DNA of 51,919 nt from Bellilinea sp. (GCA_035561555.1 DATMXL010000205.1:1-51919); one strand, 5' to 3'; shown: positions 39,557 through 49,069, numbered from the stretch's first letter. Notes: a model not told the origin generated them from the letters alone. Numbers and translations are program-made.

Positions 39557-40519
39557 ATGCCAGCGGTTTCTGCGACTGCACCCGGAAAAATAATCCTGCT
39601 CGGCGAGCATGCGGTCGTCTATGACCGCCCGGCGATCGCAGTTCCGTTCAATGGTGTGCATGCCAAAGCAATCGTTTTCGCCACGCCGCTGGCGCCAACC
39701 AGTCTGGTGCGTATCGAAGCGCAAGCCATTGAGCTGGATCAAACCCTGGATCAACTCGAAGCAGACCATCCCTTTGCCATCGCGATTCGCGGCGTTATGT
39801 CGGCGCTCGGCATCCATTGGCTGCCCGCCTGTCACATACGCATTACCTCGACAATTCCCATGGCAGCAGGTATGGGCTCGAGTGCAGCCGTGTCAATTGC
39901 TCTTAGCCGGGCCGTATCCACTTTTCTCGGTCACCCCTTGGCGGATGATGTCATCAACGATATTGCCTACCAGGTGGAGGTGCGCCTGCACGGCACACCG
40001 TCAGGCATTGACAATACAGTGATCAGTTACGCGCGCCCGGTTTATTTTGTGCGTAAACATCCCATCGAATTTCTCAAAGTCCACCAGCAATTCGACCTGC
40101 TGGTAGCAGATTGCGGCATTGCCGCAGCTACCGGTCCAATGGTCTCCGGGGTATCCCAGCGCCATGGGGAGCACACGGAGCAATACGAACAATACTTCAA
40201 CCAGATTGCGGATTTGGTCAACGAAGCTCGAATCCAGCTAGAATCAGGTTCCGCTGCCAAACTCGGCCCTCTGCTGATAGCCAACCATCAGTTGCTGCGG
40301 AGTCTGGGGGTATCCGTTCCTGAATTGGACCGCCTGGTAGATGCTGCCCTCAAAGCTGGTGCGTTTGGTGCCAAGTTAACCGGCGGCGGTGGCGGCGGCA
40401 ACATGATCGCATTGGTCGATGAAGCCCATGTTGCGCCGGTGACCACCGCCTTGTTAGCGAACGGAGCACATAAAACCTGGCTGGCAACCGTACCGCGTCA
40501 TGAGGAGTCCGCTTCTTGA
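39557..40519 (+). CDS. mvk: Mevalonate kinase
   Basis: APGKIILLGEHAVVY, PMAAGMGSSAA, HGTPSGIDN, GAKLTGGGGGG GHMP motifs. Confidence 0.95.
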   Translation: MPAVSATAPGKIILLGEHAVVYDRPAIAVPFNGVHAKAIVFATPLAPTSLVRIEAQAIELDQTLDQLEADHPFAIAIRGVMSALGIHWLPACHIRITSTIPMAAGMGSSAAVSIALSRAVSTFLGHPLADDVINDIAYQVEVRLHGTPSGIDNTVISYARPVYFVRKHPIEFLKVHQQFDLLVADCGIAAATGPMVSGVSQRHGEHTEQYEQYFNQIADLVNEARIQLESGSAAKLGPLLIANHQLLRSLGVSVPELDRLVDAALKAGAFGAKLTGGGGGGNMIALVDEAHVAPVTTALLANGAHKTWLATVPRHEESAS

Positions 40520-41325
40520 TCCTTTTCCTCAAATTAGGCGGCTCGCTGATCACCGATAAGTTAAACGCCCGCACAGCCCGAAAGGATACAATCCAGCGGC
40601 TGGCAGGCGAGATCCAGTCTGCCCGCCTGGCGCAGCCAGACGTACAATTTGTACTGGGTCATGGCTCCGGGTCTTTCGGTCATGTTCCGGCTGATAAGTA
40701 CCATACCCGCCGCGGCGTCCACTCCTGGAAAGATTGGGAGGGTTTTTTGGAAGTCTGGCGGCAGGCACGCGAGTTGAACCAGATCATGCTGGAAGAACTG
40801 ACCCAGGTTGGGATGCCCGTGATGGCTTTCCCGCCCTCAGCGTTCATCCAGGCTGCCGATGGTCAACCCGCCACCGTTCAGGCTGACCCGCTGCGCTCCG
40901 CCCTCCAGGCGGGTCTTGTCCCACTGGTTGCCGGTGATGTGATCTTTGATAGGGTCCTCGGCGGTACCATTTTTTCCACCGAAGATGTCTTTTTGGCACT
41001 GGCACCACACCTTCTCCCCGACCGGATCTTGATCTGCGGCATGGAAGCCGGGGTCTGGCAGGATTTTCCAGCTAACACGGAATTGATTACCCACATTACC
41101 CCCTCTTCGTTCAAAACTTTGGATAGAAAACTCAGCGGATCAGCTGGCATAGATGTCACCGGCGGGATGCGCACCAAGGTAGATCAGATGGTGGCATTGG
41201 TATCTCAATTTCCTCAAGCTCAGGTGCAGATCTTTTCCGGTGAAGCGCCTGGAACTTTATCTGAGGTCCTTATGGGACATCCGCATGGGACCCTCATCAC
41301 AAATACTGAAGGAGATGAAGCATGA
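40516..41325 (+). CDS. ipk: Isopentenyl phosphate kinase (amino-acid-kinase family)
   Basis: KLGGSLITDK, GHGSGSFGH with the IPK-diagnostic His, GDV, DVTGGM..K; TTGA overlap with mvk. Confidence 0.88.
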   Translation: MILFLKLGGSLITDKLNARTARKDTIQRLAGEIQSARLAQPDVQFVLGHGSGSFGHVPADKYHTRRGVHSWKDWEGFLEVWRQARELNQIMLEELTQVGMPVMAFPPSAFIQAADGQPATVQADPLRSALQAGLVPLVAGDVIFDRVLGGTIFSTEDVFLALAPHLLPDRILICGMEAGVWQDFPANTELITHITPSSFKTLDRKLSGSAGIDVTGGMRTKVDQMVALVSQFPQAQVQIFSGEAPGTLSEVLMGHPHGTLITNTEGDEA

Positions 41326-42473
41326 TTTTCTCCCGTGAGCAACTCGAATCCATTGAAGATAAATTTCTGGCGCCTTACGGCTGCCACAGCAAGTATTCGC
41401 GCGGTCGTCTGCACCATGAAGACGAACCGGCTTACCGCACGATCTACCAGCGCGACCGTGATCGAATCCTGCATACAACCGCATTTCGCCGGCTGGAATA
41501 TAAGACGCAGGTGTTCATCAATTACGAAGGCGATTATTACCGCACGCGACTGACTCACACCCTGGAGGTGGCACAAATCGGCAGAACCCTGGCACGGGTA
41601 CTCGGTGCCAGCGAAGACCTGACCGAAACCATCTGCCTGGCACACGACCTCGGGCATCCGCCTTTTGGACACTCCGGTGAGACAGCTCTGGCGCGCCTGA
41701 TGAAGGATTACGGCGGTTTCGAGCACAATAAACAGTCCTTCCGTATTGTCACTGAGCTGGAACGACGTTATCCCAACTTCCCGGGGTTGAATTTGAGTTG
41801 GGAGGTCCTGGAGGGTATTGTCAAGCATGAGACCGAATATGACCGTGCGGATGCGCGCGATTTTAACCCCGACCTGCGGGGACATATGGAAGCCCAAATC
41901 GCCAATGTGGCTGACGAGCTGGCTTATACTGCCCACGATTTAGATGACGGTCTGCGCTCCGGTATGATCAACGAAGAAATGCTTGAATCGATTGAACTCT
42001 GGCAAGTGATGCGTGAGAGCATTGGTTGGCGCACTGGCAGTTTGGACGACCTGACCCGGCATCGCATCATTCGCCGGCTGATTGGCAGCGAAGTGGACGA
42101 TCTGGTCGAAACCACCGAGCAGCATCTGCATGAAACGAATCCGACCTCGGTTGAAGACCTGCAACGTTTACCCTTCAATGTGGTCAGCTTTTCAGAAAAA
42201 ATGCACCGGCGCAATCGCCAGCTGAAGGACTTTTTGTATGCCAGGCTGTACCGTCACTACCGTGTGGTCCGCATGGCAGTTAAGGCTGAAAACCTCATCG
42301 AACGCCTCTTCGATGTCTTTTGCAAAGAGCCGACCGTTCTTCCATCACACATACAACCCAGAATCCAGGAAATTGGACTGGAACGCACCATTTGCGATTA
42401 CATCGCCGGCATGACCGATCGTTTCGCCATCGACGAAGCCCAAAAATTATTCGACCCGGGTACTTTACCCTGA
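41322..42473 (+). CDS. dgt: Deoxyguanosinetriphosphate triphosphohydrolase (dGTPase-like)
   Basis: QRDRDRILH, FRRLEYKTQVF, RTRLTHTLEV, HDLGHPPFGHSGE, DYIAGMTD motifs; ATGA overlap with ipk. Confidence 0.93.
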   Translation: MIFSREQLESIEDKFLAPYGCHSKYSRGRLHHEDEPAYRTIYQRDRDRILHTTAFRRLEYKTQVFINYEGDYYRTRLTHTLEVAQIGRTLARVLGASEDLTETICLAHDLGHPPFGHSGETALARLMKDYGGFEHNKQSFRIVTELERRYPNFPGLNLSWEVLEGIVKHETEYDRADARDFNPDLRGHMEAQIANVADELAYTAHDLDDGLRSGMINEEMLESIELWQVMRESIGWRTGSLDDLTRHRIIRRLIGSEVDDLVETTEQHLHETNPTSVEDLQRLPFNVVSFSEKMHRRNRQLKDFLYARLYRHYRVVRMAVKAENLIERLFDVFCKEPTVLPSHIQPRIQEIGLERTICDYIAGMTDRFAIDEAQKLFDPGTLP

Positions 42474-42634
42474 TAGACACTCTCGGCGTTCCATCCCCCA
42501 TGTACACCCTTTGATGTTATCATTGGGACTGTTTACTCAATCAGCGGTGTTTACCAGTATTCCACAATTTGGATCATAGACCTGGTCAATCACACACGCT
42601 TGACCTATTAATCCTATTGGAGTTGGTACGAAAA

Positions 42635-43102
42635 ATGGCTGAAGCATCCTACTTAACCCTTGAAGGCCTGAATCGCTTGAAACAAGAGCTGGCTCACATG
42701 ATAGGCCCTGAACGTGATGAGATCGCGAAGCGCCTGCGCGCTGCTATTGACCAGGGTGATTTATCTGAAAACGCGGACTATACCTCAGCTAAAGAAGATC
42801 AGGCATTCCTGGAAGGCCGCATTCAGGAAATGGAACACCTGCTTTCGAACGTTATCATCATCGACAATGTTTCCAAAAATCTCGAAGAAGTCGGTATTGG
42901 CGACCATATCACCATCAAAGAAAATGGCTCGCCGGAAGAAATATTTTATCTGGTTGGCCCAAAAGAAGCCGATCCTAAGAATGGTCGTATTTCGCATGAG
43001 TCACCCATCGGCAAAGCGCTCCTGGGACGCAGAGTCGGCGAGGAAGTTATGGCCGATACGCCCGGTGGCAGCATCCGCTTTAAAATAGTGAAGATCGAAT
43101 AA
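42635..43102 (+). CDS. greA: Transcription elongation factor GreA
   Basis: YLTLEG, GDLSENADY, ISHESPIGKALLG, TPGG motifs; start moved to ATG 42635. Confidence 0.96.
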   Translation: MAEASYLTLEGLNRLKQELAHMIGPERDEIAKRLRAAIDQGDLSENADYTSAKEDQAFLEGRIQEMEHLLSNVIIIDNVSKNLEEVGIGDHITIKENGSPEEIFYLVGPKEADPKNGRISHESPIGKALLGRRVGEEVMADTPGGSIRFKIVKIE

Positions 43103-43128
43103 TCACCAGATTTATCTTCTGCAAAAAC

Positions 43129-43158
43129 AAATGGGGCTAATTCAACAGTCCCATTTTT
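43129..43158 (+). terminator. Probable terminator after greA
   Basis: AAATGGGGCT...AGTCCCATTT stem (one G-U) ending in TTTTT. Confidence 0.55.
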
Positions 43159-43241
43159 ACATTTAAGGCAGCACAAAGCAGGAGAGATTTGTTAAGTTTA
43201 TCCAATTGCATCAGGTAGTGGTCCATAAAACGGGTATTACA

Positions 43242-43289
43242 GTAGCGCAAACTGTTAGTTTGCGCGGGCAAGCTGACAGCTTACCCTAC
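43242..43289. repeat. REP-like doublet: two inverted 24-nt GTAG-palindrome units
   Basis: GTAGCGCAAACTGTTAGTTTGCGC (43242-43265, +) abutting GTAGGGTAAGCTGTCAGCTTGCCC (43289-43266, -). Confidence 0.75.
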
Positions 43290-43336
43290 AAAAACCTTCC
43301 GTTCATGAAAGACCTGTCCTGCGGTATGTGAAGAAG

Positions 43337-43372
43337 CAAAAAGAGGTTAACTTTTTGGGTCAACCTCTTTTG
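43337..43372 (-). terminator. Rho-independent terminator of the 43397-44404 gene (possibly bidirectional)
   Basis: Minus strand GAGGTTGAC-ccaaaaa-GTTAACCTC followed by TTTTT; T-run also on the plus side. Confidence 0.75.
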
Positions 43373-43396
43373 ATTTATCTCGCTAATATTTCAGCT

Positions 43397-44404
43397 TTAT
43401 GCGCTGGTTTTTGGCCAAACAGCCAGTTCCAGAGTCAGGCGGTCAAAGTAGCTGTTTTCCGGTAATGCACCGCCGCCCATGTTAAGGTCAACCACACGGG
43501 CTTCAAGTACCAATGTGGCAGTCTCGAGCAGTACATGCTTATCCGGTGCAACTTCGATGGGTTCGCCCTTGGACTCAAGCCGCGCACGGATGGCGTTGTC
43601 GGTCATCGCATGTGGGCTCATCACAACTTTTGTAATGGTTTGAATATCATTTTTATCGAAAAGCCAGACCTCGAAAGCGGTGACCTTTTTCGGATCGCCA
43701 ACGCCGATTGTGTCCGAAATGCCAACCCCGCACTCGCCCAGGAATTCACCAGTCGGAGAATCGATGCTGAAGGAGTCATCATACAGATCGTCACCCAGCA
43801 TATAGGTGGTCATAAATTGCGCAATCGGGGGTTCCTGACCTTGTGCCGCATAATCAGTGCGCGAAGCTTGCCGGGTATATTCCTTGGCCTCACCCATCGG
43901 ACTTGGACCTGAAGCCGCGCCCCGTTTGCGGAAAACTAGCAGGTAAACCAGTGCAGCGCCTACTAGTAATGTCACCAAACACAACCCAACCACCAGACCA
44001 ATATTTCTGCTTGCAGCAGGCGTGGCAGTCTCCTCTGGCGTCACTGTAGTGACCGGTGCAGGAACGGTTGGTCCTAAAACGACCGCCCGGAATGCGTTGA
44101 TCTCGGCCTCATTCAGATTGCAGGTACCCGGCTTGAAAGCGTCCAGCTGGGCAGCCGCGTCCTCCCCCAGTGAATTGAAGCGGGACACTGCCGTAACCGC
44201 ATCCTGCCGCACCAGATAGGAATCGATCATCATGCATAAATATTCTTGTTTGACATCGTCGCGCAGGAATCGAGGCTCAGCATCGACCCATTTTACAGGC
44301 CATACCGACCACCCTAATAATGGCAAGCCTATGATCAGCCCAATGACCAGGCCAACGGCTGCAGTAATCATTGGATTGCGCAGTTGCTCTCGGATCTTAT
44401 CCAT
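43397..44404 (-). CDS. Hypothetical two-TM membrane protein with acidic C-terminal beta-rich domain
   Basis: 335-aa ORF with SD AGGAG, two hydrophobic segments, two Cys in the intervening loop, own terminator; no family recognised. Confidence 0.75.
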   Translation of the reverse strand: MDKIREQLRNPMITAAVGLVIGLIIGLPLLGWSVWPVKWVDAEPRFLRDDVKQEYLCMMIDSYLVRQDAVTAVSRFNSLGEDAAAQLDAFKPGTCNLNEAEINAFRAVVLGPTVPAPVTTVTPEETATPAASRNIGLVVGLCLVTLLVGAALVYLLVFRKRGAASGPSPMGEAKEYTRQASRTDYAAQGQEPPIAQFMTTYMLGDDLYDDSFSIDSPTGEFLGECGVGISDTIGVGDPKKVTAFEVWLFDKNDIQTITKVVMSPHAMTDNAIRARLESKGEPIEVAPDKHVLLETATLVLEARVVDLNMGGGALPENSYFDRLTLELAVWPKTSA

Positions 44405-44528
44405 GTCTCTGCTCCTACAGGTTTATGACTGTCCCGCCAGGTTGACCGATTAATCTATACGTATTGTAGAACAAATTTTAGATAAAGGCAACGGCTGCAC
44501 AGGTCAGATGTCTGAATTGATGCAAGAT

Positions 44529-46838
44529 TTATGCCGATTCAGGCGAGGATTCGAGAATTTGTTCGAGTAAAAATGTGGATTCGCACTTCAGACACTGCGC
44601 CTCGCGCTTGTTGTGAATAACCAGGGTGCCGCCGCAGGTTGGACAAGGCTTGGCAATCGGCTTTTTCCAGGAAGTAAATCCGCAGGTTGGGTAGTTGGCA
44701 CAGCCGTAGAATACCCGACCTTTACGTGTTTTCCGTTCGACCAGGTCACCGCCATCTTCCGGGCAGGTAACCCCGATTTTTTGCAGGAATGGCTCCGTGT
44801 GCCGGCAGGTCGGAAAAGTGCTGCAACTGATGAACTTGCCAAAGCGTCCAAAACGATACACCAGTTCATTTCCGCACACCGGGCAAATCCGCCCAACCTT
44901 CTCCAATTCCGGTTTGCTAACCGGGATTTCGATTTGGGCCCTTTTTAGCTCAGGTTCGAAGCTTTCGTAGAACTCGCTCACCACTGCCGTCCACTCCCGG
45001 GTACCGGACGCAACTTCATCCAGCTCAGATTCCATCTGAGCCGTGAAATTCACGTTGACGATGTCTTCGAAGTGGCGCACCAGCAGATCATTGACCGTGA
45101 ATCCGGTGTCCGTTGGGGATAGACGCTTGCTCTCGCGCACCACATAGCCGCGTTCCTGAATGGTGGAAAGGATCGGCGCATACGTGCTCGGACGCCCGAT
45201 GCCATTCTCCTCCAGTGCTGCGATCAAACTGGCTTCCGTGAAGCGTGGTGGTGGTTGGGTGAAATGTTGTTCCGGGATCAAGCGCACTAGATGCTGCTTT
45301 TGATTCTCTTCCAACCCGGCCGGGATCCGTACATTTTCTTCGTCATCCGCTTTGATGTCTTCATCCCGCGCGTCTTCGAAGACCACCAGGAATCCGGGAA
45401 ACCGGACTGTGGAGCCGGAGGCCCGGAACAAATAATTATTCTGTCCTTCACCGCCGACTTCCACCGTGATGGTATCCAATATCGCTGATTCCATCTGCGA
45501 GGCAACGAAGCGCTGCCAGATCACCTGATATAGCTTGAACTGCTCATTGCTCAGGAATGGTTTTACCTTGTCCGGCAGACGCATGACCGAAGTTGGGCGG
45601 ATGGCTTCATGAGCTTCCTGTGCGCCAACCGCACGCGTACGGTATTGCGGCGGAGTTGGCGGTACAAAATCGGCGCCATAGGTGTTTTGGATAAACTCGC
45701 GGGTTTCTTTTTGCGCGATCGGCGAAACATTGGTCGAATCGGTACGCATATACGTGATCAGACCCGTCGCGCCGCCATTACCCACGTCCAACCCCTCGTA
45801 CAACTGTTGGGCAACCGCCATCGTCTTGCGCGTGGTGAATCCCAAACGCCGTGAGGCTTCCTGCTGCAGCGAGGAGGTGATAAAGGGCGCCGACGGCTTG
45901 CGCTTACGCTCGCTGCGTTTGATCCGCAAGATCTTATACGCTGCTTTTTCCAGGTCGGGTAAAAGACGCTCAGCGTCAGCTTTTTGTACCAGCTCCGGGT
46001 CCTGGTCGTTGATTTTGACCAGCCTGGCTATGAAGGTTTGGCGAACATGGTCAGGCTTGAATTCTGCTCCAATCGTCCAAAATTCAACCGGCACAAAATC
46101 TTCGATCACCCGCTCGCGTTCGACGATCAATCTCAGGGCTACTGACTGCACCCGCCCGGCAGACAACCGGCTGCGCACTTTTTCCCATAACAGTGGACTT
46201 AAACTATAGCCAACCAGCCGGTCGAGTACCCGCCGGCCCTGTTGCGCATTAACCAGATCCATATTGATTGAACGTGGATGCGAAAAAGCCTCCTCGATCG
46301 CCTGTTGGGTAATCTCATGGAACACCACCCGCTTGGTCAATGTCGGGTCGATTTCCGCGGCTTCGAGCAAATGCCAGGCAATCGCTTCACCCTCCCGGTC
46401 CGGGTCGGTCGCCAGGAAGATTTCCGAGGCGGTTTTTGCCAGTCCTTTCAATTCTTTGACGACAGGTCTTTTTTCATTGGGAACGCGATACTTCGGCAGG
46501 AAGTTATTTTCAACATCAACCGATAACTCGGATCGCAGCAGGTCCCGCACATGCCCAACCGACGCTTTGACGGTATAGCCTTTGCCTAGGAACCGGCCAA
46601 CCGTGCGGGCTTTTGCCGGAGATTCAACAATCACCAGCTTGCCATCGCGTTTTACTTCACGTATGACTTTTTCTGGGGGAGTCAGCTGTTTATGAGCGTC
46701 AGTCCGCCCCATTCGGTACATTTTAGTCCCGCATACCGGGCATACACCGTGGGTGACGGGTGCGCCGGCAGCATTAAAATCCGCGATTGGATTGGTAATC
46801 TCTCTTTTTATCTTGCACTTTACACAATAAGCTTCCAA
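44529..46838 (-). CDS. topA: DNA topoisomerase I with N-terminal DUF5679-like zinc ribbon
   Basis: LVIVESPAKA, ATDPDREGE, SAGRVQS, catalytic ITYMRTDS, GIGRPSTYA, C-terminal C4 zinc ribbons; start moved to TTG 46838 after AGGA. Confidence 0.96.
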   Translation of the reverse strand: MEAYCVKCKIKREITNPIADFNAAGAPVTHGVCPVCGTKMYRMGRTDAHKQLTPPEKVIREVKRDGKLVIVESPAKARTVGRFLGKGYTVKASVGHVRDLLRSELSVDVENNFLPKYRVPNEKRPVVKELKGLAKTASEIFLATDPDREGEAIAWHLLEAAEIDPTLTKRVVFHEITQQAIEEAFSHPRSINMDLVNAQQGRRVLDRLVGYSLSPLLWEKVRSRLSAGRVQSVALRLIVERERVIEDFVPVEFWTIGAEFKPDHVRQTFIARLVKINDQDPELVQKADAERLLPDLEKAAYKILRIKRSERKRKPSAPFITSSLQQEASRRLGFTTRKTMAVAQQLYEGLDVGNGGATGLITYMRTDSTNVSPIAQKETREFIQNTYGADFVPPTPPQYRTRAVGAQEAHEAIRPTSVMRLPDKVKPFLSNEQFKLYQVIWQRFVASQMESAILDTITVEVGGEGQNNYLFRASGSTVRFPGFLVVFEDARDEDIKADDEENVRIPAGLEENQKQHLVRLIPEQHFTQPPPRFTEASLIAALEENGIGRPSTYAPILSTIQERGYVVRESKRLSPTDTGFTVNDLLVRHFEDIVNVNFTAQMESELDEVASGTREWTAVVSEFYESFEPELKRAQIEIPVSKPELEKVGRICPVCGNELVYRFGRFGKFISCSTFPTCRHTEPFLQKIGVTCPEDGGDLVERKTRKGRVFYGCANYPTCGFTSWKKPIAKPCPTCGGTLVIHNKREAQCLKCESTFLLEQILESSPESA

Positions 46839-46849
46839 ATTTTCCTGCC

Positions 46850-47941
46850 TTACAGATAACGGGTTTTGCCGGTTTCTTTCAATTGTTGGACGGCGTCGCG
46901 AACCTTTTGGGCATCCTCGCGGCGGCAAACCAGCAGCACATCCTTGGTATCAATAATGACCAGATCTTCAACACCGATGGTGGCAATCAGCCGCTCGCTG
47001 CTGTCTGAAAGGACCAGGGTTTTTTGCGTGTCGATGCTGATCGACGGATCATTGAGCAGAATATTACCACTGCTGTCAAGGGGTAAAACCTCAAACAAAG
47101 AATCCCAGCTGCCCACATCGTTCCAGCCTAGCCCCGCTGCTGGCAGTACAGCCACACGGTTCGAGCGCTCCATAATACCATAATCGATCGTTTGCGGTTT
47201 TATTTTTGGCCACAGGGCATCAAGTACCTGGTTTTGCTCGGCGCTGCCCCAGGCCAGGTTGATTTCGCGGAGAGTGCCCGCTAGGTCAGGCATGTGGCTT
47301 TCGAATTCTTCTAAAATATCAGCCACTTGCCAGATGAACATACCGGAATTCCAGTCATGATCTTCATCTGCCAGCATTTTTTGAGCAGCTGCAACGGTCG
47401 GTTTTTCTTTGAACTTGATGACCGAGTAAACCGCCTGTCCATCCACCATCTGCTGGATGACGCCGCGTTGTATATAACCGTAACCTGTGGTCGGCGCCGT
47501 CGGGGTAATTCCCAGCGTAACGAGCTTGTGATCCTGGGCAACCTGCCACGCAATCTGCAGCAACTTTTGGAAATAGGCTACATTCTCAATAAAATGATCG
47601 GCTGTCAGAACAGCCATCACAGCCTGTGGATCGCGTTTATGCAAAACTGTGGCTGCCAACCCCACCACCGATGCTGTTCCGCGGGGCATGGGTTCCAACA
47701 GGTAATTATTCACCGGAATTTCCGGCACCTGCTTCTGTAACTCAACAGCCTGCTCTGCCACCGTTACCACCAAAATTCGCTCCGGTGGAAACAAGCCAAC
47801 CAGACGGTCGCAGGCTAATTGGAACAACGAGCGCTGTGTTCCAAGCCGAAGCATCTGCTTGGGTCGGTTAGCCCGTGATAGCGGCCACAAGCGTGTGCCT
47901 CCGCCGCCCGCCATAATTACGGCATAATAATTAGTGTTCAT
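46850..47941 (-). CDS. manC: Mannose-1-phosphate guanylyltransferase (no PMI domain)
   Basis: MAGGGGTRLWPLSR...PKQ, EPMPRGT, ADH, TGYGYI, FKEKP, WNSGMF, IDYGIME, WNDVGSW; start moved to ATG 47941 after AGGGG. Confidence 0.92.
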   Translation of the reverse strand: MNTNYYAVIMAGGGGTRLWPLSRANRPKQMLRLGTQRSLFQLACDRLVGLFPPERILVVTVAEQAVELQKQVPEIPVNNYLLEPMPRGTASVVGLAATVLHKRDPQAVMAVLTADHFIENVAYFQKLLQIAWQVAQDHKLVTLGITPTAPTTGYGYIQRGVIQQMVDGQAVYSVIKFKEKPTVAAAQKMLADEDHDWNSGMFIWQVADILEEFESHMPDLAGTLREINLAWGSAEQNQVLDALWPKIKPQTIDYGIMERSNRVAVLPAAGLGWNDVGSWDSLFEVLPLDSSGNILLNDPSISIDTQKTLVLSDSSERLIATIGVEDLVIIDTKDVLLVCRREDAQKVRDAVQQLKETGKTRYL

Positions 47942-49055
47942 AGTCCCCTGTGTAATATTCTGCGGCTTCTTCACGGATAACGCCGTAAGTCATACTACCG
48001 GCATTCCGCACCAAACCTTTAAGTTCCATCATCGCCAGGGTCGCCGAAACAACCGCGATGGGCAACCCGGTTAAAATGCTTATTTCATCCACCGACATCG
48101 TACCCTCAGCGATCACTTTGATGATCTGCTCCTCGGTTACACCCGCCGGTAGTGCTTTCCGCGCCATTTTACGGGTGTTGACCTGCTCCAAATTAAGTAC
48201 TTCCAGTAAATCCTCTGGTTTGAGGTAAGGACGCGCGCCATTTTGAATCAACATATTGGTACCCTTGCTGTTGGGTGCGGTGATGTTTCCCGGCACTGCC
48301 AGCACATCCCGGTTTTGGTCGGCGGCAAATGAAGCAGTGATTAACGCTCCGCTGGTCTCACCCGCCTCGATCACCACTACTGCCAGGGACAGCCCTGAAA
48401 TGATACGGTTACGCGGCGGAAAATTGGTGCTCTCTGGCGCAGTCCCGGGCGGGTAGTCGCTCAACAGTGCACCGGATTCTATGATATCTTCTGCCAGGTG
48501 CTGGTTTTCCGGCGGATAAATTCGATCGATCCCGCTTCCAAGCACTGCCAGTGTGCGTCCGCCAGCCCGTAACGCTGACCGGTGAGCTATGGCGTCTACG
48601 CCGCGCGCCAGACCGCTCACGACGGTGATACGGTTACGTGCTGAGAACGTTGCCAGTTCCTCTGTAACTGCCCGACCGTAAGCGGTGACCCGCCGCGTGC
48701 CGACGATTGCTACCGCGGTCTCATCCCCGGGTACCACTTCGCCTTTTTGGTAAAGCACTGGCGGCGGTTGATCGATCTCGCGCAGCATCCGCGGGTATTC
48801 TTCGTCGTCCCAGGTGAGTGCTTTAATCCCGTTATCGGACATGCGCTCCCAGATTTGCTCAAGATTAATCTGGCTGCGCACCCGCAGCAGGTTTTCGATA
48901 ATTCGCCCGTTCAAACCTAGCGACTGATATCGACTGAAAGGGGCTTCCCAGGCAGCTTTCAAATCACCGTCAAAGGCTTCCAACAAGGTGCGCAGACGTA
49001 CCGCCCCAATGCCTTTGACAAAGTTAAATCCAATCCAGTAGGCCTTAGGATCCAT
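47931..49055 (-). CDS. dprA: DNA-processing protein DprA
   Basis: PPPVLY, VAIVGTR, VVSGLARGVD, FPPRNRIISGLS, SGALITA, C-terminal winged helix; start moved to ATG 49055. Confidence 0.96.
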   Translation of the reverse strand: MDPKAYWIGFNFVKGIGAVRLRTLLEAFDGDLKAAWEAPFSRYQSLGLNGRIIENLLRVRSQINLEQIWERMSDNGIKALTWDDEEYPRMLREIDQPPPVLYQKGEVVPGDETAVAIVGTRRVTAYGRAVTEELATFSARNRITVVSGLARGVDAIAHRSALRAGGRTLAVLGSGIDRIYPPENQHLAEDIIESGALLSDYPPGTAPESTNFPPRNRIISGLSLAVVVIEAGETSGALITASFAADQNRDVLAVPGNITAPNSKGTNMLIQNGARPYLKPEDLLEVLNLEQVNTRKMARKALPAGVTEEQIIKVIAEGTMSVDEISILTGLPIAVVSATLAMMELKGLVRNAGSMTYGVIREEAAEYYTGDYEH

Positions 49056-49069
49056 CCTGGCAGGTCCTT

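Noticed and set aside
41220-41936. Long antisense or alternative-frame ORFs (also 5652-6395, 13429-14088, 22458-23006, 25888-26430)
   Set aside because: Fully nested in confidently identified genes, no recognisable motifs; expected shadows at this GC content.
41322-42473. dGTPase as an anti-phage defence gene
   Set aside because: Short housekeeping-type Dgt coupled to metabolic genes; no defence-island context.
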